A stretch of 64,000 nt of DNA from the human T2T-CHM13v2.0 reference genome, Homo sapiens: the NCBI RefSeq assembly GCF_009914755.1, contig NC_060930.1; one strand, given 5' to 3'. This document shows, in pieces, positions 16,393 through 37,566 of the stretch (the stretch's first letter is position 1; every line of letters starts with the position of its first letter). A program made the translations under genes and the position numbers. Under the pieces are notes generated by a model that ran no database searches, was not told the DNA's origin, and was given only the letters and a program-made list of their open reading frames with translations.

Positions 16393-17630
16393 CCTGAATT
16401 TTATTTTCAAGAATGAAAATAAATGAATAGAATATTTCAATGAATAAAATTCATTCATTGAAATATTTGTCAGTTTCCGAATTTTATTGCTCTAAAGTGT
16501 GGTATACTTTGTAACATTTACAAATTATTTTAAGCCTATATTATTTTAATTTATACTAAGTATAGTAAAAAAACAAGTAGAAGCCTGTGTGATAACCAAC
16601 TATGAATCAAAATAGAGTTTTACAAATATGCCTTTCCGTTAAAGGGTAAAGGGAACTAGACTAGGTCTTGCAGTTTTAAGGAACTTTATGCATTGTCTGT
16701 GAGGGGAAATGAAGCAAAATTGTTTAAGAATACATTGTTGCAAAGCATTGATTTTGGGGTTTTGGGACAGAAGGGGAGAATCTTTGTGGTGAGTTTAAGG
16801 AAATACAAACAGGAACTTAAGTGCCTTTCCTCTGGGGTAGGGTTCTTCCAGGCCCTTGCTGTTGATTAGAGGAGGTGGGACACTGGTAACCATGAAATAG
16901 GAGGTGACAGTTGAGAATTACTCTTAGATCTTATTCAACTGTTTATTCAACAGTGTTTATTGAATACCTACCATGGGCCAGATAGCTAGGTTCTGGAAAT
17001 AGAGTGCTAAACAAGACAGAAACAAGACAATCCATTCTCTCCTGGAACTTACAGCCTAGTGGGTTTAATAACTACATTTTGTGGATTGCTTGCTATGTTC
17101 TAGCATTGTGCTGTGCACTTTATCATCAGCATAAAAAGTATATAACAAAACCTTTGGTAAAAGGATAGCAAAACTTGCTAAGAAATCAAATACAACTTCC
17201 TAAGTGCTTTGTGGAACAAGATTATTCTAGTATAAAAGAAATAAGTGAAGCTAACTTTTTTTAACTATTAATGGCCATTCACCATTTTAAATCTATTTTT
17301 TTTTTTTTTAGAATGAGCCAGGGCACAAAGAAATAAAAGTGCATGATTATTAAGTATACAAGGGTGACTTTCTTGACTCCTGACCAGTGAGAAGGGTGTG
17401 CCCTTTACTTTTCTAGTAGTGATAGTAGGTCCATGCTGAGCTTTCCATTCTTTTCTTTGTAACCAAAAGTAAGGTAGTTGCCTGTATGTTACCAGTGCCA
17501 GTCAATAAGAAGTCTTTAAACATAATTAACGGCAAGCATTTGTATTATTGATGTATAAAGATTGTTTTAAGAAAGAGTTCATTCGAAGCTGGCTATAAAG
17601 TCATTTTATTATCAAATCCCATTTTTCCAC

Positions 17631-17924
17631 TTTTTTTTTTTTTTTGAGACGGAGTCTTGCTGTGTTGCCCAGGCTGGGGCGCAGTGGTGCAATCTCGGCT
17701 CACGGCAGCCTCTGCCTCCCGAGTTCAAGCAATTCTCCTGCCTCAGCCTCCTGAATAGCTGAGATTACAAGTGCGTGCCACCATGCCTGGCTGATTTTTG
17801 TATTTTTAGTAGAGACGGGGTTTTACCATGTTGGTCAGGCCAGTCTCGAACTCCTGACCTTGTGATCTGCCCACCTTGGCCTCCCAAAGTGCTGGGATTA
17901 CAGGAATGAGCCACCACACCCAGC
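17631..17924 (-). mobile_element. Alu (S family)
   Basis: Poly-T + antisense Alu. Confidence 0.94.
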
Positions 17925-19035
17925 CTCCACTGGTTCTTCTTTAAAATAAGCTTATCCTGGATCTCCAGGTTTTCAGTTCTGCCAGTTTGATTTCTTGATA
18001 CTGAGGAGTACTCTGCTTTTGATTTCTTTCTAGCCCAGTCTCAGAGATGATGTGTTGACTTTGCCTTTCATGGGCAAGAGTGCAGATATTGCTGAGCCCC
18101 TGGGGCCTAGAATTCAAAGATGGAAGAATTCACTGGGGTAGATCACCCTCACTTTAGAATTAACTGACATTTTTAGGGATTTTTGCAGTTTATAAAGTGT
18201 TTTCATTCAAAGCATTATCAATCAGTTCTCACTAGCTCCATGGAGGCTCATATTTATTAACTCCATTTTATAGATGGGGAGCTGGACTCATTCATTAAAG
18301 GAATGGCATACTTGTCAATGCTACTTTTAGTAGTCTCCTTTCTGATAGATGTGGGCTGCTGAGGTTGCGCGGTGGCACCTTCTCTTATGCAGTTAACCTC
18401 CTCTTGTGAAAAAGGGGTTGCTGAGTCACTCGGAATAGAGCTTGAGTGTAGGAAAGCAGTTCCACCAGTGTCATTGCCCAGTTTATGTGAGGGGTAATGA
18501 CTTAACCCATTTAACCCATTAGAGTCATGTCTCTTCCTCAGAACTGATAAATCAAAAATGCACTCATTGCCCAGATTAAAATTTTTTCTGAAGGAATTAT
18601 TAGGCAGTGCAAATAGTTAATTCCTGAATTTATGAATCCTATTGGATTGAAATTCTTCAGTGTACATTTATGTAAAGTTGGGACTGTCTGTACATGTTTG
18701 TGTTACATAAGTATAGGATATAAATAGAAATAACTGCCTCTCCAGCCCTTTGAAAATACATTAGATTTTTGCTTTTTGCAGTAAAATTTGGGGTAAAACT
18801 GATTTGTTCTTATCTAAGAGGTATAATTACTGCAGTGCTCAGAAAAGCCTCATTATAAAGTGGGCTCCCCTGACTTGGAACTTAGGGATGTCTTCTCATG
18901 GCTGCTATGGAAGTCATGCAGCTGTTTCGTCAGGAAAATAACCAAAAACTTCTTTAAACTTGGAAATGTTTTTGTAAAAGAAACTTTCAGTATTCAGAGT
19001 AGTTTGTCTTTCACAGTGCTTCCATAAATTAAGCA

Positions 19036-21559
<2,524 letters not shown>

Positions 21560-21689
21560 TATGTATGTGTTAAGGATTTACAAAATTAACCAGCTTTCCC
21601 GTGCAGTGTTCAAGTCTTTTAATAATTTATTATAGGGAAGAAGAAGTGGTGGTTTGTAAATTCTGTACTTGACAAATGGATACTGGGTT

Positions 21690-22860
21690 TTGGGCATGCT
21701 TGGCTCCAAGGCTGAATGTTGGGGGAAAGAAGTATAGGAGAGTGAGGAGTCTAGGATTTCTAAGTTTTGGCCTTGGGCAAATGGATATATTTTAGTGCCA
21801 TTTTCTGAACTTTGTGTTACAAAGTTACAAAAGAGTGTTACAGGGTACAAGATTGTAGAGAGAAAGGGGAAGGAGCATAGGTTCATGGTAATCTCCTTGA
21901 GGACAGGACTCATTATACCTTGAGTGCCTACCATGTATGGTTTGCCGTAAGTGCTGGAGATGAAATGTGAACAAAAGAGACAAAAATTTCTGCCTTAAGA
22001 AGCTATATTCTGGCCAGGTGCAGTGAGTGGCTCACACCTGTAATTCCTGCACTTTGGGAGGCCAAGGTAGGTTTCCTTGAGCCCAGTAGTTAGAAACCAG
22101 CATCCTGGGAAAAATGGGGAGGCTCCTCTACTAAAAAATAAAAATAAAAAATTAGGGATGCTTGGTGGCACACTCCTGTAGTTCCAACTACTTGGGAGGC
22201 TGAGGTGGAGGGATTGCTTGAGCCTAAGAGGATTGCTTGAGCCTGGGAAGTTGAGGCTGTAGTGAGCTGTGATCCTGCCACTGTACTCCAGCTTGGGTGA
22301 CAGAGTGATACCCTGTCTCCAAAAAGAAAAAAAAAAGGAAGCTATATTCTAATGGGGATGGCAGTGGAAGTAGATAATAAACAAAATATATAGTGTGTCA
22401 GATAAGTGCTGTGGAGAAAATGCAAGAAGGGAAGGAGAGTGAGTGCTAGGATGGCTGTTGCACTTTTAAGAAAGGTGAATACGGTAAGCATCATTGATAA
22501 AGTAACAATTGAGCAAAAACCTGAAGAAGGTGATATAGGACACTGGTTGGACATGGGTGAGGATGTGATAACATTCTAGGCTGAGGATTAGCAAGTGTGC
22601 AAAAGCCCTGAGGTAAGGGCCCTGTGCTCCAGGAAATAGCTAAGAGACCAGTACAGCTAGAGCTAAATGAACCAGGGGCCAAATATAGGGAGAAAAGTGG
22701 GGTGAGGAGAGGGTTGCAGATATGCAGGGATCATGTAGGGTCTTATTTGCCTTTATACAGACTGTGACTTTTCCTTTAAGTGAGAGGGGAAGCCTTGGAG
22801 GGTTATGACCAGAGGAAGGACATGACCTAAATCTTGTTTTAACAGATTACTGTGCTCTAG
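21690..22860 (-). mobile_element. L2 fragments interrupted by AluJ-like element (22012-22336 +)
   Basis: Purine-rich antisense L2 motifs; Alu TSD aagctatattct. Confidence 0.65.
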
Positions 22861-23949
22861 GGTCCCAAGTTTTTCGTTTCGGTTCCTTACCCATTCTACC
22901 CTAAACCACTACTGTGAATAGGATAGAACGGTGGAGTTAGATGAATTGGTGCAAGCCCTGACCCATGCTCACAACTCTCATTCCAGCAGTCCCAGAGTGC
23001 CAGAGCCAGTATTTTTGTTGGGCCCTAGAAATTTAGGGTATTCCAGTCCAGCTCTTTAAATAACATGGGCTGACTTTACTTTTTCAGGTTTTTGTTGCCA
23101 AAAGGAAGGAGCAGAGATTAGCTCTTGAGTTTAGCTGAAAAAGGAAGATTAGTCTGCTGGCAGATTGAGTGTTTTTTAACTTCTTTGGCTTTTAGGGTTT
23201 TTCTTACTTTTGGATCATGTTTTAAAAGTCATTTTTACCTTCTTTCAACAGTTAAACATTTAAGTTTTATTTGATTTTATTTGACCCTTTTTCTGCTTTA
23301 CATTCCTCTGCCTTTTCCCCATTATAATACTTTTAGTAGAGGTTAGACCATTGTTATCTGTCATTAATGTCTTAGCTTTGAGGCCCCAAGGACTTCTCTG
23401 TTAAACTTAAATATATCATATAGATTGAAAGATTATCTACAGACATGTGATCCTATAAAAACCCATATTATTTATTGTCCTCCCTGCCTTTACAGATGTA
23501 AACCCCTCTCCTCTTTTCATCAGAGCTCCCCCTCTTTTACTGCTCTATCATCAGGTTGCAGAAAATAAGTTTTCCTGCAAACATAGATTCCCATGGCAAC
23601 ATAACAAAAAGGTAATAGAACAAATGTTTATTTTGTCTAGACCTGCTGTCTGAGTACCATTAGACCCTGAACATGTTGGCTCCTGTTATTTGAATATGTG
23701 GTTACAAATTCCTTATTTTCCTCAAAACTTACTTCTCTTAGGCCTTGGTGATATTGTCACTGTGCCTGTGATATGAAGGAAGGTGTGTGTGTGTGTGAGT
23801 ATGTGTGTCTTACTGTCATTCTACTCAAAAGTGTGTATTGATTGCATTTTCAAACTTATGGCTTAAAATGTAGACACCACACAATCTGAGCATGTGAAGA
23901 AAAAAAGCATACCAGTTTTGTTCTTTGTTTTCGTAAGTTCATTAATTTA

Positions 23950-24327
<378 letters not shown>

Positions 24328-24456
24328 AGTATCAGTCCAGAGGAGACATATTTATGTTTCCTCATAGATGGCTTTGGAAGTCCTCTGTAGTTTTGGATCT
24401 TGAAGCATTTTAGGTTTTGGATTTTCAGATTAGGGATACTCAACCTGTATAACCCA

Positions 24457-24666
24457 GGGTAATTCAACCTATTGACACTTTAGGTGGGATAATGTTTTGT
24501 TGTGGGGGACTGACCTGTGCAGTGTAGTATGTTTAGCAGCATCCCTGTCTCCAACTCACTGTATACTAATAGCAATTCCCAGTTGTGACAACCAAAAATG
24601 TCTAGACATTGCCACATATCTCTTGACGGGTAGGGAGGGCAAAATCACCTTTAGTTGAGAACCACT
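24457..24666. mobile_element. MER20, preceded by a Tigger4-like end (24390-24448)
   Basis: tttagcagcatccctg...gttgtgacaaccaaaaatgtctagacattgcca...gttgagaaccact. Confidence 0.8.
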
Positions 24667-26787
24667 TATATAACCCTATATATTTGGATTGATAACCCTG
24701 TATATTTGATTGAGTAAAAACTAGATGGGATAACATGAACCTTCCACCTGCAAAAAGGCAGAAATGCTATACTTTCTGCATTATAAATTGGGCCTCTCTA
24801 AACATGATTTTTGTTATTTCTAGGAGAGTAACAGCATTTCTAATGGTCAAGGTCCTAGCTATAACCCAATAAGCTTAATGGATGGGAGAACTTGCACAAG
24901 CATGTTTGCAAGAGGCCAGGTGTATCACTGGCACATTTGAGAAACAACTAATTAGTGAGGGAGACCCAATTTTCATGAATAATTGTGTTTTGTCATTGTC
25001 ATGGCCCCAACTTAGGGTGTTTTGAATTTTTTCTGGAAAGGAAATTAGCATGAAGTCCAAGTTGGTAGGTAGGTAGCATTTTCCCTAGTGTCTCTTCTGG
25101 TATTCTGTGTCCTTTCTCTCCTGTCTTCTTTCAGTATTTAGCGTTTTCAAACTCCTAGAAATAAAATGCTGTTTAGAAGACCACAAAGAGAGCTGCACAT
25201 AAACTAAGGAGCAAGAAGTAGTACATTGTGAATTAATTTTCTGTATGTTTTTGAAGGTTCTTGCATCTGGGAAGGCTTGCTTAGTTTTAAAAATATTAGG
25301 TAATAACAGACTGAAATTTTGAAGATCTTGTGGATCTCAGGTAGCAGTAACTCAGGAAGATCAGCCTTCTTTGATTTAGAATGTCATTTAGGCACATTAT
25401 GTATTCTGGTACCTTAGAAGATACAATGCCTTTTCCTGAATTATCATTGCTACTGCTTTAATTACTTTAAGGGTGTGAGGCAGTAACTAACTTTAGTGTC
25501 ACAATGTATACATCTTAACATTTATTGTGCTCTTTTTTTTTTTTTTAAACACCACCTTAAAGTACTCTGCTATTCAGATTTTTCCTTGTGTTTCTCTAAT
25601 TCTCCTATTTCATCCATTGGTCAGTTTTTTCTTCCTCTTTTCTTTCTGCTCCATGATCCATTCTTAAATTTTCTTTTCTCTTTCTGTGCATATTCTTTTT
25701 GAATTCATTATCTGATAGTCTCAACAATGGTCTTGTTCATATACTATCCTTCCAAATTTGTACTTTCAAACCTAATCTCAAGAATGACTGATCCTTTGGA
25801 TTCTAAATCTATTGAGATGTAATGTTTCATGCTTTTCCTTGATTACTTTCCTACACACTTCTTGAAGATACCAGAGATGTAGCACTAACTTCCGTTGGAA
25901 TGGGATTCATGTTACAAACTTGAATGGTTCAGTTTAGATATGTGAAGCGGATGTCATCATTAGCACTGATGACTGACAGTAGTTATAAAAATTACAATCA
26001 GGAATGAACCAATTTACCTGAAGTTTTCAATAACTCTAGGTATTAATGCAACATAATTTTGAAAGTTTGAAATATATAGGTATAAATATTGATGCTTATA
26101 TTTTAGATTTACTGTAGTGAAGGAAATTTGCCAGTCGTCCATCAGTGTTAAATGCCCACCAATGTGTAAAAGAAATAGACCTAAAATATTAATAAATTGT
26201 GTATATATGTATGAAGGTATTGATGTGTACAGAGAAGTGGAGACATTGTGAGTTATAGTGGTCAGTATGGTTTTATGGAGCAGAAAGGATTTGAAGATTA
26301 TTTAGAAAGATGGGTATTTGGAGAGAAGAAAAGGAAACATTTTCAGACAAGAGAAAACATAAACCATAGAATAGATATGAAAAGGACTGTTCTGACAGGA
26401 GGAACATCTCAGGTAGGGTGAACCCAGTTGTGGTTCTCATTCTTGTTGTGCTTCAGACTCACTTGTGGAACTTTTAAACATACCTCTGGAAATTAAGAAT
26501 GAGATCTGGAGTGGGACTTAGGCAGTTGCATTTCTAAAAAGTCTACAAATGGTTCTTTAGGTAGTAGAGAGCTGTTGGAGTTTCTTGAGTTGTGAACTGT
26601 GGAGGAAAATTGTTTTAAAATTGGTCTTGGTGGAGTGTAAAGAATGGATTAGAGGAAACAAATGTATTGCTTTGTCAAAGTCTCGTAAATTTATGTGTGC
26701 CTCTGTTCATTTTGACTCCTCGGCTAGATTTCTTAGTTCCTTGAGGTCATAAACAATCAGCTTTTAAAGCTTCAGTGAAGGAATATC

Positions 26788-27445
26788 TTTTTTTTTTTTT
26801 TTTTTTTTGGCTGGGTTGGGGGACAGGGTTTTGCTCTGTCACCTGGGTGGAAGTGTAGTTACGCAGTCAATGGCTCACTGCAGCCTTGAACTCCTGAGTT
26901 CAAGTGATCTTCCTACCTCAGCCACCCAAAGTAGCTGAGACTACAGGTGTGTGCCGCCATGCCCACCTAATTTTTTTTTTTTTTCGTAGACACGAGGTCT
27001 CACTATGTCATGAAGTTGCCCAGGCTGGTCTTGAACTCCTGAGCTCAAGCTTCCTCCTGCCTCAGACTTCCGAAGTGCTAGGATTACAGGTGTGAGCCAC
27101 CGCACCTAGCAGGAAACATCTTATAAAATCATTCTACTTTCATTTGGAACTTGCAGGCTCGTGCCTGCAATCCCAGCACTTTGGCAGGCTGAGGCAGGTG
27201 AATTACTTGAGCTCAGGAGCTCAGGATTTCTAAACCAGCCTGGGCAACATGGTGAAACTTTGTCTCTACCAAAAATATAAAAAAATTAGCCAGGCGTCGT
27301 GGTGTGCCTCAGTAGTAGCAGCTACTCGGGAAGCTGAGGTGGGAGGTTTGTTGGGGCCTGGGAAGTCAAAGCTGCATTGAGCCGTGATCATGCCACCACA
27401 CTCTAGCCTGGGCAACAGAGCAAGACCCCGTCTCAAAAAAAAAAA
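26788..27445. mobile_element. Two head-to-head AluJ-like elements (26788-27110 -, 27156-27445 +)
   Basis: Alu consensus in opposite orientations. Confidence 0.88.
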
Positions 27446-28097
27446 TTAAAAATGAAAGTAAGTTTCATTAAAAAATACTATATATGTAATTACAGTGGTG
27501 AAATTGTTTTGTGATTAAATAAATACTGTTGTGTTGACATTAAAACAAGATATTTGAGAGTTAGCGAAGATATTAAAGCTAATGTTTTAAATTTTGAGTT
27601 TTTAAAGTCAATCTTAAATCTCCTGCTACTCTGAAGAAGATAAATGTATATAATTTTAATTTTTCTATTTCACTAGGTTTGAAGAATATTTTTTGAGGTT
27701 CCTAAATCAAAACTTAAGTTCCAATTTTTGCATAAAGTTGCCTTTATTTTCAAGACGTTATTTCCAAAATGGCAGGACAGAGCATCCGCTTCAGAGCAAC
27801 AGTGATATTTGCACATTTACTTGAATATGGAAGGAAGAAAAGCTAGGCTTCTGTAATAGAATGTAACATGTGCAGAAAAATATTTCCAGTATGTCATTTA
27901 TTGAAATTTGTTCCAGGTGCTACAGGTAAAGAGAAAGTTCCAAGTTAGTGGTCTTAATTATTTAGTTATTTAGAAGGCAAGTTTTGAAGACTATTATTAA
28001 TTATCCTGATTCAGTTGGAAAAAAAGCCTGAAATTGTATGATCCGGAGAAGAGGTGTCATGTTTTTGCAAATTATTTCTTCTCACTTTATAGATATT

Positions 28098-28420
<323 letters not shown>

Positions 28421-28872
28421 CTCACTTTATAGATATTCTAATGAATTTAATGTATTAATGAGACTTTGCTAATTCAGTGTAACTACAGATTTCAATATAT
28501 TTAAATATTTCCATTAACTTCCAAAAGTAAACCAAATTGTGTTTATCTTCTTAGAAGTCATCTATGACCATTGAAAGAAATTGTAAAATCACTTACGATC
28601 CCCACAAATTACTCAAAGACTTGCTGAGTGATTACTCATTCTTCATATTCTGTTGATGAAAACACAGATTGTTTTTTGAGGAAAATCATGGTGCAGTCGT
28701 TTGTACTTTAATACTCTGTGGACATGGGCACTTGTCCAGCACCTTACCTTTCTTAAGAGGTTGTCTCCCTTTCTCTACTCAGCTGATGTTAAATTTATTG
28801 ATCTGCCATTACCTTATAACAGAAAATCTACAAGTCAGGTGCCCATCATGGAATATAAACACAAGTTCCCTA

Positions 28873-29455
<583 letters not shown>

Positions 29456-29837
29456 GCAACACCGTAATATTTTGTACTCCTACCCTCTTTGCTAATAATG
29501 AACTGTATTTTGGCCTTACGACAGCAATCTGTACTGATGGATGCTCTAAAAAGAAAACCATCTGAAACCCACTATTATATTCTTTTAAAGATGTTGATTA
29601 GGACATTTTTACCACATTATATGTCTCCTTCTTGAACAGACACAGAATGAACTTTTCCCTGGTTTATTACAGGAATAATTATGCCTCTCTTCAGCTCTCC
29701 TGAGTACCTGGTTGGTTTTTATTGTATGGCTTCTGTGATTCATGTCCTAACTGATTCTGTTCTCTTTGTTAATGGCTTTAGTGAGCTTTGAGCCAAATTT
29801 GAGGCCTACCTCTAATGGGTATTTAAAAAGGACCTCT

Positions 29838-30157
<320 letters not shown>

Positions 30158-31479
30158 TCATGATATATGCTAACCTCAGCTGTACAGACTTTCTTATTTT
30201 CCCTTAATCACTTACCATTTTGTCAGGTTTTATATATATAATTCCAGTCTGCTTTAAATCCATTGTGAATAAAGGAAGGTATACATCAATAAATTTAGAA
30301 GTTAAACAGAATTATATTAGGATATATGAAGAATCTAGTAACCCACATTTTCTATGTGTGTGTGACACAAGGGGAGGCAAGTATGAATGTGTAACAAAAC
30401 ATTGAAGTTTATTTAATGATTATCCTTGTGTGTTATGTACTGGATTCACGGTCAGCAGTAGATGAGTGAGAATGACATCCTAATATTGTAATAACTGCTT
30501 CTAATTTTTATATTTCTTTCAGTTATTTTTTACTATACCAATGATTTTATAAAATGTGAATTAATTTGATAATTTTGGAAAAGTTCATGTAAATTCACAA
30601 TTGGGGGAAAAACTTGTTAAACAGTATGTCCTGAATTTTAGTTTGGAGAACCTGTTTATCATAAAGATAATTTCATTTTATGATGTTGTTCATGGAAACA
30701 AGGTTTTACTTGTAGCTCTACTTTTACAGATGTGATTGAGAGGCGTATTTGAGCTTTGCCATGGACCAAGCTCCTTGCCAAACCTACTATAAAAGTTATT
30801 ACATTTAATCCTAACATATCCAACAGATGAAATATAAACATAATTCTCATTTCATGAAAGAATTTAATTAACATCCTCAAGATTATATAGCTATTAAGTG
30901 GCAGAACTGGAATTAAAATCCAGATAGTCTAATTCCAAAGTCCCAGCTCTTATTTAATCACTCTGTTGGAGTATTATAAACATGTAATAATAAATTGTGA
31001 TTGTTGGGGTCTATAGGGTACTGATTAATTCTAGCCTGCCTTTTGCTGAATAGATTCAGGAGTCAAATAGAGATAAAAATATTTACTTTTATTAGTAAAG
31101 CTGGCATGCAGAGTGCCTTGGGCGGGCAACTCAAGTGGGCTTCTTATTTCTTCCCCAGTTAATTGAACTTGCACACTTAATCAGTCAGATCAGCTAGAAA
31201 ACTGCTGCTGTTCCTTGCTCCCCAGCAGGCTTACCAATGGAGGAGAGAAGAAAGTGTTCAGCTTGCAGGTGGAAGGCAAACTCTGAGGTGGGAAGTTGAA
31301 GAAGCTGGGTCCCACAGGGGCAATGGCCATTTTTCCAGTCTCACCAGAGCTAGTTTAGAGAACTGGGTTTAGAGATGAGTATACATTTACTTGCTACTTT
31401 TGAGAGGGAAGAAGTTACTAATTTATGGGTTTGTAGGAGCAATGGGAGTGGAAAAGAAGAGAACCACCACCCTCTTTTA

Positions 31480-33510
<2,031 letters not shown>

Positions 33511-33534
33511 ATGAGTCAGTTGTGTAGATGTGTG

Positions 33535-33920
33535 CTTCTCACACCTTAAGCGGTATATTAATCACCTGGAAATCTTGTCAAAAAGTAAATTCTATTTTAG
33601 GGCCCAAGATCTCCTTTCCTTTCCTTTTCCTTTCTTTTCTTTTTTCCTTTCCTGTTGTCTGCAGAGATCCTGCATTTTCTAATGAGCTCCCAGATAATGT
33701 CAATGCTGCCGGTCCATGGAGCACACTTTGAATAGCAAAGGTATAAATTAGTGGTTCTCAAACTGTAATATGTATTAGAATAACATGGAGAGCTTGATAA
33801 AATACAGATTATTAGACCCACTTCAAAGTTTCTTATTCCATTAACTCTGGGGTGGTACCTGAGAATTTTCATTTCTTATAAATTCCCAGGTGAAACTGAT
33901 GCTGCTGATCTGGGAACCTC
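33535..33920. mobile_element. Two adjacent MER5-family MITEs
   Basis: ctgcattttctaatgagctcccag...cacactttgaatagca; tagtggttctcaaact...ttcccaggtga. Confidence 0.7.
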
Positions 33921-33939
33921 TGGTGTAGGTGACTTTTTT

Positions 33940-35717
<1,778 letters not shown>

Positions 35718-35941
35718 GACGATTTCTAAAAATAATTAAAATACACATCGCATTTTTGCTGTAGATGTCCTCCATGATCTAGCTGCTGCCTGCATCTCTT
35801 ACGTCATCCCTTCCCACTCTCCCCTTGCTCCCTGTGCTCTACCCACACAGCCTTTCTGTCTTTCTGTCACTCACTCCAGCATGCCATACGTTTCCTACCT
35901 CTGTTTCTTTTTTCGTTTGTTTGCACTTGCTCTTCTGAGAG

Positions 35942-36205
35942 ATAGCAGAGTCAAGTGGTCAGTAGCATAAGCTCTGGATCCAGACTCCCTGCTCTGCCGC
36001 TTTTAAGCTTTGTGACCGTGGTCAAGTTACCTAACTTCTCTCTGCTTCAGTTTCTTACTTGTAAGTGGGAGAATGATAATAGTACTTATTTCATAGGGGA
36101 TTCGGGGAAATACAAAAGCTGAATTGAGACAAATAAATGTAAAGGGCTTAGAACAATTTCTTGTATGTGTGGGTAAAGACTCTATAAACATTAATATTAT
36201 TATTA
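35942..36205 (+). mobile_element. MIR inside an L2 fragment
   Basis: gctctggatccagac...gtgaccgtggtcaagttacctaac...cagtttcttacttgtaa. Confidence 0.75.
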
Positions 36206-36604
36206 TTTCTTCTGCTTGAAGCTCTTTTTCTTATATATTTATATAGGGAATTTAATCATTATATTGTTTCCTTCTCAGCTCAGATGTCATTCCTCAGCCA
36301 TCCTAGCTAAAGTGGTATAACTCCACTGGCTTTCTGTCACTCTTTATCCCATTACCCTTTTATTTAGTCATAGTATTTTCATCACTACTTGAAATTATTT
36401 TATTATTCTGTTCTGCTCTTCCCCCATTCCCTGAAGGTGCCAAGTACTTTGTAGGTGCTCAAGAAATATTTGTGGCAATTTATTGTCCTGAAAACATGGT
36501 TTCCTGGGCCTCGACTCTGAGCAGGCAGCAGATGTGGCAAGGTGACGACAGTGAGGCCTAGGCAGGGAAGACAGAATTCAACTCTGTTTATTAATCTGTT
36601 GGCT

Positions 36605-36792
36605 CATCTAGATCAGGCAGCTGCCAGTTTTTGTAAATTTTATTAGAACACAGCCACACCCATTTTAAAACTTATTTTCTGGCTGCTTTCCTCATACAAC
36701 CACAGAGTTGAGTAGTTGTGACAGAGGTCTTACTTACAAAGTTGAAAATATTACTATCTGGCCCTTCATTGAAAAAAATTTGCTGACTTCTG
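36605..36792. mobile_element. MER58A
   Basis: ttttattagaacacagccacaccc...cagagttgagtagttgtgacaga...ttactatctggccct. Confidence 0.8.
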
Positions 36793-36959
36793 ATTTAGAT
36801 ACATAGAAAAGACAAGGAGAAAACACCAAAAATAATAACAGAAGCTTTATTTGGATAATGGGATAATAGGTCATTTTGCTTTTTATCTTTATGCTTTTTT
36901 TTGGTATTTTGTTATAGACCCTTTAATTTGGAAATAGCCTTATAAATACCCCAAAATAA

Positions 36960-37268
<309 letters not shown>

Positions 37269-37479
37269 TAGTGGCCACTTGGTTATGTCAGGTCAAAGAC
37301 TTGGAATGAAAGTGATGCATCTTCCTGGAGTTTTAGTTTTACTCAAAGATTTTTAGAGGAGAAAGAACTCTTTAAAATTTTAAAATTAAAGGATATGTTA
37401 TGAAATACAACACAAAATTCACAATAATTTTTAAGAGAAAATATTAAAAAGAAGTTATGTATTCTTTGCCTGGTTTTCC

Positions 37480-37566
37480 TAAGGCTATATTATGAGAATA
37501 TGGGAGTCTGTGGCTATTAAAAGACAAAATAGCCACAGACTCCCATATTCTCATAATATAGCCTTA
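37480..37566. repeat. Perfect inverted repeat, 39-bp arms, 9-nt loop
   Basis: 37480-37518 is the exact reverse complement of 37528-37566. Confidence 0.98.

Noticed and set aside
18422-18428. TGAGTCA AP-1 sites (also near 33512, 50783, 52151) as p38 feedback elements
   Set aside because: A 7-mer is expected several times by chance in 64 kb; no clustering
23587-23600. RFX X-box-like ATTCCCATGGCAAC (and GTTGCTGCTCGGCAAC at 12870)
   Set aside because: Imperfect isolated matches with no supporting context
37480-37566. Hairpin as a MADE1/mariner MITE with TA TSD
   Set aside because: Arms do not resemble MADE1 TIRs, and terminal TA symmetry follows automatically from the palindrome; kept as an unexplained hairpin
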